A stretch of 34,819 nt of DNA from a virus (lineage: Duplodnaviria > Heunggongvirae > Uroviricota > Caudoviricetes), in IMG/VR virus record IMGVR_UViG_2693429713_000015. One strand, given 5' to 3'. Of the stretch, positions 1 to 10,068 are shown in pieces. The notes below the pieces were generated by a model, which saw only the letters and a list, made by a program, of their open reading frames with translations, did no database searches and was not told the origin of the DNA. Made by a program: the position numbers and the translations under genes. Position 1 is the first letter of the stretch, and each line of letters opens with the position of its first letter.

Positions 1-646
<646 letters not shown>

Positions 647-649
647 AGC

Positions 650-1286
<637 letters not shown>

Positions 1287-1287
1287 T

Positions 1288-1344
<57 letters not shown>

Positions 1345-1373
1345 CAGAACTCGCGCCAGCCTGATTGCAGATA

Positions 1374-1763
1374 TTACTCTTTTTTCTCCGTATCTGCATC
1401 GGGTTCATCAGCAAATAGCTTGCCCTGCATCCGATCCAGTTCTTCTTTTCTTACCCGCTTAACCACGCTGTAGACCCACTGAAGCGAAACACCAAATTTG
1501 CGGGCCAGTTCGTGGTGGTTGCGTCCGTTAAACTCCCTGAAGATTTCCCGGTCGCGCTGACTGACCTTCCATACCATGCCCATCGGGAAATAAACGTTTT
1601 GCCCGCCCCAGACCTGCATCATTCGGTTCGCGACGGCCTGACCAATCTGGTCGGCAACTTCGGGCTCAATATCAATAATCTCGCGAACGGTCTCAGAGGT
1701 ATGCTGTGCCAGTTCCACCAGGAGTTCCGGCCCCTTACTTCGAAACTGATTCAGGTCGCTCAT
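1374..1763 (-). CDS. Mor/C-family transcriptional activator (middle/late gene activator)
   Basis: 129 aa; GGQNVYFPMG...REIFREFNGRNHHELARKFGVSLQWVYSVVKRVRKEE matches the Mor/C activator pattern; last gene of the leftward operon, as mor is in Mu. Confidence 0.75.
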   Translation of the reverse strand: MSDLNQFRSKGPELLVELAQHTSETVREIIDIEPEVADQIGQAVANRMMQVWGGQNVYFPMGMVWKVSQRDREIFREFNGRNHHELARKFGVSLQWVYSVVKRVRKEELDRMQGKLFADEPDADTEKKE

Positions 1764-2184
1764 GTTTGACTCCCGCAGCTCTGCGCTGCCACTTCTTCAG
1801 TTTCTCAATAACACTGCTTGCCTGTTCAGTACTGAGCCAGCGCAGGGCGCTGATGCCCGTTTCCCGCTTGATCCACCTCGCTAATGCATTTTCTGAACGG
1901 TCACGAACAATGCCGGCAGCAGCCATTTCAAGCCATAGCGCACGAATTTTCCTGGACTGCGGATGGTTATCCAGCGGTAAACCGGAGCTGGCTTTTCTGG
2001 CTGGTTTAACGCGAAAGCCTTTCTTTTTCATGGATTCCAGCACGCAGTTTAGTTGTGTGGTATCCATTCCTTTGGTTGAGGCTTTACCGGTCAGCCCCTG
2101 TAACATCTGGCGGTAGGTGTCTTCATCCATACCCAGTTCATTACGGGCAATATGGATAAGCTGTATCAGGCGTTTTTTCTGCAT
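1735..2184 (-). CDS. GemA-like protein (Mu gp16 family)
   Basis: 149 aa; N-terminus MQKKRLIQLIHIARNELGMDEDTYRQML typical of the GemA family; AGGAG RBS 5 nt upstream of ATG at 2184; sits immediately upstream of mor as in Mu. Confidence 0.7.
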   Translation of the reverse strand: MQKKRLIQLIHIARNELGMDEDTYRQMLQGLTGKASTKGMDTTQLNCVLESMKKKGFRVKPARKASSGLPLDNHPQSRKIRALWLEMAAAGIVRDRSENALARWIKRETGISALRWLSTEQASSVIEKLKKWQRRAAGVKHERPESVSK

Positions 2185-2185
2185 A

Positions 2186-2392
2186 TCATCTCCTTTTTTT
2201 CAGTCTGTCGGCAACAATGTCGGTTGCAGCTGGCAGGGTGACTGGCCAGAACAACATGACGGCGGTCATGTACAGGATGTAATGCGCGGTGTCGTAGTGC
2301 CTGCCATAGCCCAGGGAACGATGAAGTCTTGCGCTGCATGATCCTGCGTACATATACCAGAAAAGAAAACAGACAATGGTTTCAGTAGTCAT
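2186..2392 (-). CDS. Small hydrophobic protein (68 aa), hypothetical
   Basis: Internal ATG at 2392 preceded by GGGGAGG 8 nt upstream; product MTTETIVCFLFWYMYAG...AVMLFWPVTLPAA is hydrophobic; stop abuts the GemA start. Confidence 0.4.
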   Translation of the reverse strand: MTTETIVCFLFWYMYAGSCSARLHRSLGYGRHYDTAHYILYMTAVMLFWPVTLPAATDIVADRLKKRR

Positions 2393-2612
2393 TCTGAATA
2401 CCTCCCCATTCGATATGAATATTACGGGCAGCAATGACAGGGTCGTTATTCCACCATGCACCTGACATGTATTTTTCAACCTGTTCGCGTCCGGCAATAA
2501 CACCAATTGTGATCCCCGGCCTGACGTTCTTAAAAAAGGCGCGGGCAAAAAGGTATCTGGCAGATATTCGGCAGGCTTTTAATTTCCGGCTTTTACCTGA
2601 TAGCGTAATCAT
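2382..2612 (-). CDS. Hypothetical protein (76 aa)
   Basis: ATG at 2612-2610 overlaps the upstream gene's stop (ATGA arrangement); fills the gap in a tightly coupled gene chain. Confidence 0.35.
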   Translation of the reverse strand: MITLSGKSRKLKACRISARYLFARAFFKNVRPGITIGVIAGREQVEKYMSGAWWNNDPVIAARNIHIEWGGIQNDY

Positions 2613-3292
2613 CTGGCCTCCAGTTTCTGTTGTTCCTGCCCACTGACCGGGCGGTGCAGTCTGACGTTCTGCCCTTCACGAAACCCCGCATAGCGCGAGG
2701 CGTCGCCATTGCGGCTTCTTCCCGGTTTACGCGCCCTGGTGGTTTGCGTCTGCGGGTATTTATGTTCCAGCCACTGCTGCATCAGTTCACGCTCATCATC
2801 GGTCAGGGCAAAGGACTGTATTTCACTGATAACGGCCAGCACCCAGCCTTCGGCAAACTGGTCTCCACGGCTGGTGCGGGTGGCGGTTTTTATTCTTTTG
2901 TTCTGTGCACTGATATACTGCTGACGCGCCTTTTTCAGCTGACGGGCCAGCACTTCCCAGGTGTATGCAGCCAGTGCCGCACGTTCCCGGTTGCCGTAGA
3001 ACCCCACAGACGGATGCGTGCCGGGGTGAATGATGGAGTTAACACCAAATACCTCGCGGATGATGTTCATCAGGCCCAGCATGTAGCGCGGTGGACGGAG
3101 ACTGCCTGTCGGCCAGTAGTGACTGATGGTTTCATCAATATCACTCATAGCAATGTCGGAATGTGTGATGCCGTGAACATCCATCAGTTTACGGGCTCGG
3201 CACAGTGCCAGAGCGGCCTCGTGCGGGTTGCCGGATGCGGCCAGCGCCAGCAACTTTTTCAGTTTCTCAATGTGTTTATTCTGGTCTGTCAT
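2609..3292 (-). CDS. DUF2786-like early protein
   Basis: Likely start is ATG at 3292 (MTDQNKHIEKLKKLLALAASGNPHEAALALCRARKLM...), overlapping the upstream stop by ATGA; N-terminal helix pair resembles the DUF2786 signature (from memory). Confidence 0.5.
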   Translation of the reverse strand: MTDQNKHIEKLKKLLALAASGNPHEAALALCRARKLMDVHGITHSDIAMSDIDETISHYWPTGSLRPPRYMLGLMNIIREVFGVNSIIHPGTHPSVGFYGNRERAALAAYTWEVLARQLKKARQQYISAQNKRIKTATRTSRGDQFAEGWVLAVISEIQSFALTDDERELMQQWLEHKYPQTQTTRARKPGRSRNGDASRYAGFREGQNVRLHRPVSGQEQQKLEAR

Positions 3293-3504
3293 TGTTCTGT
3301 ATCTCCGGTATTTTTCTGCCGTTTCCATGCCCGGACAGCGTCGGACAGCTCTTTCAGGCTGTATGCTGCTTTAAGCTTTTCCCATAACCACTGTGTTGTT
3401 ATGTGCATCAGCAGGGCAGCCAGGGCTGCCCCCGCACTGAGGCATGTCGCCAGGCCAGTAAGAATCAGTATCCATGCGGTGATTTCCCTGAGTATGTCAG
3501 CCAT
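3289..3504 (-). CDS. Small membrane protein (71 aa), hypothetical
   Basis: Single strong hydrophobic segment ITAWILILTGLATCLSAGAALAALLM. Confidence 0.45.
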   Translation of the reverse strand: MADILREITAWILILTGLATCLSAGAALAALLMHITTQWLWEKLKAAYSLKELSDAVRAWKRQKNTGDTEQ

Positions 3505-3518
3505 TGAATGCCTCCCGG

Positions 3519-3815
3519 TTACTCGTTCGTGTAAATCACGCCCAGTCGTGCAGCCAGACGTTCCAGTTTTTTCTGTTTGTGGAAGTCAATCAGCCGGTCC
3601 ATCCCCTGAAGGCGCAATTGCTCTGTCATGATTTCCACGTCTGCCAGCTCTGCCGCGAGGTCGCTTTCGCTGCCCTGTCCGTTCAGATTGCGGGCAGCAC
3701 TGGCCGCCAGTTCAGCGGCCTCTTCTGTCAGTTTCAGGGCCTGTGCGTCCGGCCCGAAACGCTGCAGGGCCAGACGGTAGAGGGCGGTGCGGGTGAGTAT
3801 GGTGTTCCGTGTCAT
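3519..3815 (-). CDS. MazG-like nucleotide pyrophosphohydrolase-fold protein (98 aa), tentative
   Basis: Contains KLTEEAAELAASA ... DLAAELADVEIMTEQL ... KQKKLERLAARLG, matching the EExxE / ExxD / KxxR arrangement of small MazG domains; eye-match only. Confidence 0.45.
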   Translation of the reverse strand: MTRNTILTRTALYRLALQRFGPDAQALKLTEEAAELAASAARNLNGQGSESDLAAELADVEIMTEQLRLQGMDRLIDFHKQKKLERLAARLGVIYTNE

Positions 3816-3824
3816 GCCGCGCCC

Positions 3825-4097
3825 TCAGTGCTTCCGGCTGACGGTGATGTGCAGGCCGCCTTCTGCAGTGGTTTCCATCCGGTACGGCACCTCATGCGCT
3901 GCCGTGTGGGTTAGTGTGTTCACCAGTACCTGCAGGGCAGCCGCCTTTCCGTTGGTCGCCACAATGGCCTGAGCGGTCATGCTGATTAGCGCCGTCAGGA
4001 CGTGCTTCACATCGGTGAGGTCGCGGCATTCACACTCGTTGACATAGTGTTCAACAAGGGTTCGGGTGCGCTGTCGTGCTTCCTGTGGGGTAATCAT
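3825..4097 (-). CDS. Hypothetical early protein (90 aa)
   Basis: ORF in the operon, overlapping the upstream gene by 4 nt; no recognisable motif. Confidence 0.45.
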   Translation of the reverse strand: MITPQEARQRTRTLVEHYVNECECRDLTDVKHVLTALISMTAQAIVATNGKAAALQVLVNTLTHTAAHEVPYRMETTAEGGLHITVSRKH

Positions 4098-4288
4098 TGC
4101 GAGTCCTCCCTGTCAGGGCGGGAGAATTCCATGACGGGCACGTCTGCCGAAAAATGCTGGCTGCAGTACGGGCAGACCAGGGTGACGCGTACCGCAGGGA
4201 TGTGGTATTTACCGGACATCACGGCGATGGCGCTGTGAAAACGCAGGGCTGTTATATCCCTCTCGCACTGAATACATTTAAATATCAT
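4094..4288 (-). CDS. Small Cys4 zinc-ribbon-like protein (64 aa)
   Basis: CxxC...CxxC (CIQCERD ... CPYCSQHF); GAGGAG RBS 9 nt upstream of ATG at 4288. Confidence 0.5.
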   Translation of the reverse strand: MIFKCIQCERDITALRFHSAIAVMSGKYHIPAVRVTLVCPYCSQHFSADVPVMEFSRPDREDSQ

Positions 4289-4385
4289 GATTTAATTCTC
4301 CTCTGTTTCCGGCGTGCAGAAGCCCGCGGCGCTGACGCCGGAATAAAAAAGAAAATGTTTTTATTAAATAATTAACGTGGTGTGT

Positions 4386-4916
4386 TTACTGCACATCCTG
4401 CTCAAAAGGAATTATTGAAAAATCCTCAATGTCGCTTTTAATGGAAATACCGGGAATATTTTTCACGGCCTCTTTTTCATTCAGGATAGCGTCTTTATTT
4501 ATTTCCTCTTTTACACGAATAAAGCGCTCAAGCCCCAGACGTCTCAGCAGTTCAATGACATTATCCGCCCCGCGAATGCTGACTGACGGCGGACGGTTTC
4601 GCCACTGCACCTCGCCGGTGGTGAGGTTAGCGAACTTCACCTTCCCGTTGCCGGTCAGTTCATCACGGTGCGCCTCACACCATGTCTGGATACCGGACTG
4701 CAGTTCGGCCATGCGTTTTTTCAGGCTCTCGGTGAGCGGGGCATAACGTGCAGTGATGTCGCCAATGGTGTCATTCATTTCTGTTTCAGCCCTGACCAGT
4801 TCACGTTGCGCGTCACCAAGCAGTCTGATTCCCTCAATGACCTCTTCGCGTGTCCCCGGCACCCAGAGTGCTGCTGCGGCTTTGATACGTTTTGCCCCTT
4901 TTGTACTTTTTGCCAT
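4386..4916 (-). CDS. gam: Gam-like host-nuclease inhibitor
   Basis: 176 aa; collinear with Mu Gam as recalled (AKRIKAAAALWVP...RLGLERFIRVKEEINKDAILNEK...IEDFSIIPFEQ). Confidence 0.9.
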   Translation of the reverse strand: MAKSTKGAKRIKAAAALWVPGTREEVIEGIRLLGDAQRELVRAETEMNDTIGDITARYAPLTESLKKRMAELQSGIQTWCEAHRDELTGNGKVKFANLTTGEVQWRNRPPSVSIRGADNVIELLRRLGLERFIRVKEEINKDAILNEKEAVKNIPGISIKSDIEDFSIIPFEQDVQ

Positions 4917-4943
4917 ATTTTATGACTCCTCCTGTTGTGCTGA

Positions 4944-5213
4944 TTACCACAAAGATTCCGGCCACACGACGCGACAGCCGTGCAGTTCGAAAACGCCCTG
5001 ACGGAAATGTCCCCTGTGGTCATGACCGGTATACAGATAACAGGCCTTTCCCTGCTCAAGCATGCGCATGCAATGCGCACTCCGGGAAACGCGGATGACA
5101 GGTTTGTTACCCCTGATGGTGATGCTTTGTACATCCGTGTTCGTCGCCTTAAGCGCCATAATGGCTGACTGCACTTTGCTGATTTGCTGGTTGATACCTG
5201 TGGTGGATTTCAT
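4944..5213 (-). CDS. Hypothetical Cys/His-rich protein (89 aa) in the kil position between B and gam
   Basis: AAGGGG RBS; motif HCMRMLEQGKACYLYTGHDHRGH...HGC; function unknown. Confidence 0.45.
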   Translation of the reverse strand: MKSTTGINQQISKVQSAIMALKATNTDVQSITIRGNKPVIRVSRSAHCMRMLEQGKACYLYTGHDHRGHFRQGVFELHGCRVVWPESLW

Positions 5214-5215
5214 TA

Positions 5216-6382
5216 TTAAACCCCTTTGACAACGTCAGCGTTGACCTGTGGAACCCCGATTTCAGCGGCCAGATTCATGGCGGCTATTACCAGGTTACTG
5301 ACGGCCAGCGGATACAGCAGGCTGACCATATTTTTACGATGACTTCCCGGATTGCTCAGGCGGGCACGTATGGCATCCACTGCGCTGGCGTCCATAATGT
5401 CCGTCAGTTGTTTACCGGCCCGTTGCAGTTTGAACGTCAGAAACTCTTCAAGGTTATTGTCCAGAGGCAGAAGTTCGACCACCTCACAGCGCTGAACGAC
5501 TTCACGGACTTCCATATTGCGTTCAGACAGTTTTGTCGCCAGTTCCGGCTGGCCAATCAGCACGATGGACAGCAGTTTTTTGAAACCGGACTCCAGCTCA
5601 AAAAAGCGTTTGAGGTGTTTCAGTGTCGGAATGGGCAGACTGTGGGCCTCCTCAATCACCAGAACGTGGCTGAACCCCGCCTGGCTGCTGTCTTTCAGGA
5701 CGCGATGCAACTGGCGAAAGCGGGCGTCCTGACTGCGTCTGATGCTTTCCAGTGGTGCGATGGTACTGATAATGGCTTCGGCAATCGCTGCTGCCTTCAG
5801 GGTTTTCCCTTTCACATCGTTGTCTTCCATAGCGATGATGTATGGCTCGATAACAATTACCGGCGCATTCTCGCGGTTGATACGTTCAGTCAGGTCGCGG
5901 CGCAGCGTGGATTTACCCGCACCGGACTCACCGATGACGGCCATAAACCCACCATGACGGGCTGTCTGGTACAACGCCTCACGCACGTAGCGAATATCCG
6001 GGGTGGTGAACACATCATCAGAACCCTGCATGGCTTCGTCGGCGAACGGGTCACGGAAAAGACCAAACGCTTTTTTGGTTGCTGGAAATAACACCTGTTT
6101 TTTGAGTAACATATTCTCTTCCTCACTGAGGCTCGTTTTATCTGTGGTACCCGCTGTACGGGGCGTGGCCGCGCCCTGTACAGCATCAAAACTCTTCGTT
6201 GTATCAATCCCCTGACTTTCCAGCCAGGACGCAAGACGCCGGCGCACTTCTCCGGGGCTGGTGCGGGGCCACGCGTTATGATTCACAATCTGGGCCAGCG
6301 TGGCCTCAGAAACATCGACAGCTCTCGCCACCACCGCCTGTGGAATACGGGCCTCTTTCAGTTGCTGCTTCAGTACCAGCAT
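5216..6382 (-). CDS. DNA transposition ATPase B (MuB-like, AAA+)
   Basis: Walker A GESGAGKST; N-terminal HTH-like segment; immediately downstream of the transposase; preferred start is ATG at 6382 with GAGGAGGG RBS (the ORF track's longer form starts at a GTG). Confidence 0.85.
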   Translation of the reverse strand: MLVLKQQLKEARIPQAVVARAVDVSEATLAQIVNHNAWPRTSPGEVRRRLASWLESQGIDTTKSFDAVQGAATPRTAGTTDKTSLSEEENMLLKKQVLFPATKKAFGLFRDPFADEAMQGSDDVFTTPDIRYVREALYQTARHGGFMAVIGESGAGKSTLRRDLTERINRENAPVIVIEPYIIAMEDNDVKGKTLKAAAIAEAIISTIAPLESIRRSQDARFRQLHRVLKDSSQAGFSHVLVIEEAHSLPIPTLKHLKRFFELESGFKKLLSIVLIGQPELATKLSERNMEVREVVQRCEVVELLPLDNNLEEFLTFKLQRAGKQLTDIMDASAVDAIRARLSNPGSHRKNMVSLLYPLAVSNLVIAAMNLAAEIGVPQVNADVVKGV

Positions 6383-6392
6383 GTTTCCCTCC

Positions 6393-8162
6393 TCAGTTGC
6401 CGTTAACAATGCTGATAACACTGCTGCGGGCCGGTGTGGTCAGCGTGGCCATGACTTCATCCAGTGCGGCTTCCGGTACGCCGTCCGGGTACTGTGCCGT
6501 TAACTGGCGGTAATGTTCCGGCGTCCAGGTAAGGCCGTCGGCGCTGAACTTATCGCGCAGGGCTTTCGCGGCCTCCACATGAGTCATGGGACGTTGTTCA
6601 GTGCGCGGCCCGCGTACGTCAGAGGCCTGACCACGCTTCGGCATATAGGCCGGAAGTGTGGTGTCGTCGATATGTTTATACGGGTCAAGCCGCCCGCCGA
6701 ACGGCAGCGCCTTCGCCTTGCGTGCGGCGGCTGCATCTGCGGCGTTGTCTGTACCGGTAACCAGCGCTTCGGTTTCTTTTGCCGCCATCTGTGCCGGGGT
6801 TTCCGGCAGGGCTTTGTAACTTTCGCCAAATACCGCCGCGCCTTCAGCAAAGCCAAACTCGTTCTTTCTGACCTCTTCGACCAGGAAGAACGTCTCGTGG
6901 CCGTCCTCACCGGTCAGAACCACCTGTGCCACATCGCTGCGCCATGGGTTACGGGTAATCATCAGTTTTTCACCAACCAGTACGCCCGGTACCGTTGATA
7001 CGTCAAATTCAGTGCCCCGGAACGAGACACGAAGTTTTGGCGTGACTTTGCGGAGTTCTGGTGCCGCCACAGCCAGTTCACGACATACCTCAACGGAAGG
7101 CGCTTTTTTCAGCTGCTCAGCAGTAATCTTCAGCCAGATATCCGTGCGGGTTTTACCGTGGCGGCTGTGAACAGCCGTGGCGTTAAAGTGGCTGCGCCAT
7201 TTCGCGGCCAGCGCGTTGAGTTCTTCCAGACTGTGAACCGGCCGGAACTTCAGACCCGGCTCCAGCTTGCGTTCGATAATGTCACGCGCCTTTTCCACCT
7301 GTCCGGTGGCGCGGGCGTTATGCGGCTTGTGCGCTATCAGGTCGATGCCCAGTGAGCGGCACATGTTTTTCGTCATACCCGCGGTGTTTGCCGAGCCGGG
7401 GTCGAGATAGAGTATTTTCGGCACGCCGTGCAGCACGTCTGCGCCGCCACGCTCCTGCATGGCGTTGATAAGCACAGAACACAGGTTCTCACCTGATTCC
7501 GCGCCCGTCACATACTCAACGTAAATCCAGCCGCTGGCATGGTCGGTAATCTCGTAACTCCACACGCGGTCACTGGCGATACGGGCAAGGTTAGCGGGCT
7601 TGTTCTTGTAGAACTTCGCGCTGTCCATCACCTGCAGCCCTTTATGTCCATTGCTCAGGTAGTAAAGCGTGCAGAGTGAGGCGTCAATCTGCCAGACATG
7701 ATTGGGATGCAGACTGGCCACTTCGGTATGTGGTGCAGGGGCATCCAGTTGTTCCGGGTGCAGGCCATAGTTACGCAGAGCACGGCTGATGGCATCTTCA
7801 GACAACGGGAAAAACTCACTGGTGGTTTCATCTGTTCTGCCTGCGGTGATAAAGCCGTTAGCCCGCAGGGTTTCCACTGCATCTGCGATGGAATAGAGAC
7901 GCTTACCGTTCTTGCGGGTGGCCTCACGCAGTGTGGCAGATATCAGCGCGGCTTCGTCGCGGGTCAGGGCGCTGCGCCCGGCATCGGCGCGTTTTTTGCG
8001 TTTATCAGTCACAGATACCTCCTTCAGCCTGCGCAGCAGAGTGGCGCGGGACATGCCAAGTTCAGCACAGGCAGCGTCGTATATTGCACCGCGTTTACCA
8101 TGCCCCGCGTCACGTGCCGCGCGGGCTGTTTCAACCAGTTTTTCAGTCAGTGCCGGGGTCAT
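6393..8162 (-). CDS. Mu-type DDE transposase A
   Basis: 589 aa; N-terminal HTH region followed by an integrase-core-like central domain; position between ner-like genes and B. Confidence 0.9.
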   Translation of the reverse strand: MTPALTEKLVETARAARDAGHGKRGAIYDAACAELGMSRATLLRRLKEVSVTDKRKKRADAGRSALTRDEAALISATLREATRKNGKRLYSIADAVETLRANGFITAGRTDETTSEFFPLSEDAISRALRNYGLHPEQLDAPAPHTEVASLHPNHVWQIDASLCTLYYLSNGHKGLQVMDSAKFYKNKPANLARIASDRVWSYEITDHASGWIYVEYVTGAESGENLCSVLINAMQERGGADVLHGVPKILYLDPGSANTAGMTKNMCRSLGIDLIAHKPHNARATGQVEKARDIIERKLEPGLKFRPVHSLEELNALAAKWRSHFNATAVHSRHGKTRTDIWLKITAEQLKKAPSVEVCRELAVAAPELRKVTPKLRVSFRGTEFDVSTVPGVLVGEKLMITRNPWRSDVAQVVLTGEDGHETFFLVEEVRKNEFGFAEGAAVFGESYKALPETPAQMAAKETEALVTGTDNAADAAAARKAKALPFGGRLDPYKHIDDTTLPAYMPKRGQASDVRGPRTEQRPMTHVEAAKALRDKFSADGLTWTPEHYRQLTAQYPDGVPEAALDEVMATLTTPARSSVISIVNGN

Positions 8163-8177
8163 AGCTTGTCTTCCCTG

Positions 8178-8495
8178 TTATCCGATTCTGGCGGCAATTT
8201 TTCTGGCGAGGTCGCACAGTGTTTCGCCATCGCAGGTTTTCACCACGGTATTTACCGGTTGCGGTGCAACTACCGGGCGTAATGCTGACTGATTCTGCAG
8301 ACGTCTTATCTGCTGCATCAGCATCACCTCCATCGTCAGTACAAACGGGTGCGTCTCCTGTGCGGGTACGCAGATTTCACCGGAAGGGGTCACCACGCGG
8401 AAACCCTGCACCATCTCCGGCAGCAGATTACACAGTGCGTGCCCCAGTGCCTCCGGGCTGTCCATCAGGGTATTTTGTGTGTTATTCGTATTCAT
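8178..8495 (-). CDS. Hypothetical early protein (105 aa)
   Basis: ORF within the early operon; no recognised motif. Confidence 0.45.
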   Translation of the reverse strand: MNTNNTQNTLMDSPEALGHALCNLLPEMVQGFRVVTPSGEICVPAQETHPFVLTMEVMLMQQIRRLQNQSALRPVVAPQPVNTVVKTCDGETLCDLARKIAARIG

Positions 8496-9415
8496 TACTG
8501 CATATCCTCCGGTCGGTTGATTTCAGGTTCCGGTTCGGTCAGCCAGGCGGGGGCATCGTTACCCGATGGAGCGGCCTCAAGGTCAAACGTCTCACGTAAT
8601 GCATGAACACTGCGTTCAATCTGGCAGACCAGACCGGCCATGAAATCTCTGGGGGTATCGATCATGTTTTTGGTGCAGTATTCACACAGGGTCTCAAAAA
8701 CACTGGACAGCCGGACGGCGATAGCCGATTCGGCCTCAACCGCTAATGCCGTCACTTCCGCCCGCAATTTTTTCAGTTCTTCGTCTGGCGGCGGAGGTTG
8801 CAGGCGCGATTTCTTCTCCAGTTTTGTGGCCAGTTCGTTGATTTTTTCGTCCTTTCCGGCAAGCACCTGTTGCTGAGCTGCGTTGGTTTCGCGCGCTTCA
8901 CGCAGGGCGGCCTTCAGTTCGCGGCTGGTCATGCGATCAATATCATCAAGCGTTGCACCGGCGACGGTTCCACCATCAGCTAATGCGTCGAGTTCTTCGT
9001 CATCCAGAACCATCAGTTCATATAACTTGGTTTTTCCCAAAACGCTCAGCGCTGAGCGTTTTGGCTGTTCATCTCCATTGCCGAGAAATTTCACGCTGGC
9101 CTGCATCATGCGACGAGCTACCTGTGGTGCTAATCCGAGGTCGTTTTCCAGAATATTTGTGAAATCACCATGCGGTTCATTTTCTTTTAAGATGATCAGC
9201 CGCTTACCCGCTTCCAACATAGATTCAGCACTCTGCGCCATATAAAAACGTGCTTCGTGAACGATGCGTTCACGTTCATAAGGCAGTCCATCACCAAACT
9301 GCTGCATGATCTCCATGCGATGCTGTGTCATGGCATTCAGGCTGACGTTGAGATCATCCGACAGCGGTACATCGGCGTTCAGTTCAGTGTTAATCGGTGA
9401 TTTGGTACGTCCCAT
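8495..9415 (-). CDS. Hypothetical coiled-coil early protein (306 aa)
   Basis: Long ORF with an acidic/coiled-coil central region (ELKAALREARETNAAQQQVLAGKDEKINELATKLEKK); function unknown. Confidence 0.5.
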   Translation of the reverse strand: MGRTKSPINTELNADVPLSDDLNVSLNAMTQHRMEIMQQFGDGLPYERERIVHEARFYMAQSAESMLEAGKRLIILKENEPHGDFTNILENDLGLAPQVARRMMQASVKFLGNGDEQPKRSALSVLGKTKLYELMVLDDEELDALADGGTVAGATLDDIDRMTSRELKAALREARETNAAQQQVLAGKDEKINELATKLEKKSRLQPPPPDEELKKLRAEVTALAVEAESAIAVRLSSVFETLCEYCTKNMIDTPRDFMAGLVCQIERSVHALRETFDLEAAPSGNDAPAWLTEPEPEINRPEDMQ

Positions 9416-9425
9416 TGATTACTCC

Positions 9426-9740
9426 TTACAAACGACTACCTGAAATGACACGTTGGTTAATTTCGTTAATACGATCCTGTGCACGTGCCATCTCGTTACT
9501 GTGGGCCATGGCGATCTGCAGTAACTGGATGCCCGGTGCAAAACGTCCGTTCTCCAGTTTCAGAGCCAGCCCTTCTTCAATGAGGGTGTTGAGTGCCCGG
9601 TTGATGTTTGCCGGTGACTCGTGCAGTGCTGTCGCCAGTTCACCGTTAGAAATACCGTTCAGGGCATGACCGCGCAGCGCTTTGAGTACCCGGAGGATGC
9701 GACTGCCGGAGCTTGAAACATTCGTCTTACTCATCTGCAT
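9426..9740 (-). CDS. Winged-helix DNA-binding protein (104 aa), hypothetical
   Basis: N-terminal ILRVLKAL...GISNGELATAL...INRALNTLIEEGL resembles a winged-helix HTH. Confidence 0.45.
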   Translation of the reverse strand: MQMSKTNVSSSGSRILRVLKALRGHALNGISNGELATALHESPANINRALNTLIEEGLALKLENGRFAPGIQLLQIAMAHSNEMARAQDRINEINQRVISGSRL

Positions 9741-9786
9741 ACCTCTTTTGCGATATGTGATAACCTTTTACAAAGACTCAAAATAT

Positions 9787-9975
9787 TTAGGCCGCCTGAG
9801 CTGTTGATTTCAGTCCCAACTTCACGGCGATTTCATGGGATTTACCGTAACGGGCTTTGGTCTGCCCGTTGAGAACGCGGTATACCTCATTGCGGTTGTA
9901 GCCGTTTTCTTCTGCCCAGCGGGTGAAAGTGATCCCGCGCTGGCGGAAGAGAGCTTTGACTTGTTCTGCAGTCAT
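9787..9975 (-). CDS. Ner-like small DNA-binding protein (first early gene)
   Basis: 62 aa; AAGGAG RBS 6 nt before ATG at 9975; layout parallels Mu Ner; divergent from the repressor. Confidence 0.6.
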   Translation of the reverse strand: MTAEQVKALFRQRGITFTRWAEENGYNRNEVYRVLNGQTKARYGKSHEIAVKLGLKSTAQAA

Positions 9976-10022
9976 CGTTGTCTCCTTTGTTGATGCAATG
10001 ATGTTTGCCTTATATGTGTTAG

Positions 10023-10051
10023 ATTATTGCTCATAATTATGAGCATATCAA
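10023..10051 (-). promoter_or_regulatory. Putative early promoter Pe (minus strand)
   Basis: On the minus strand: -35 TTGATA (plus 10046-10051), 17-bp spacer, -10 AATAAT (plus 10023-10028), about 45 bp upstream of the Ner-like start. Confidence 0.5.
10029..10044. promoter_or_regulatory. Perfect 16-bp palindromic operator GCTCATAATTATGAGC
   Basis: Self-complementary 16-mer fills the spacer of the putative Pe; an extra half-site TTATGAGC recurs at 10067-10074 across the repressor start codon. Confidence 0.6.
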
Positions 10052-10068
10052 GATAGAGATTCACTTTT

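Noticed and set aside
2630-3631. 333-aa plus-strand ORF
   Set aside because: Runs antisense across the DUF2786 gene and neighbouring early genes, has no RBS and a low-complexity product; the minus-strand genes have RBSs and translational coupling.
5339-6091. 250-aa plus-strand ORF
   Set aside because: Lies entirely antisense within the well-supported B ATPase gene (Walker A on the minus strand).
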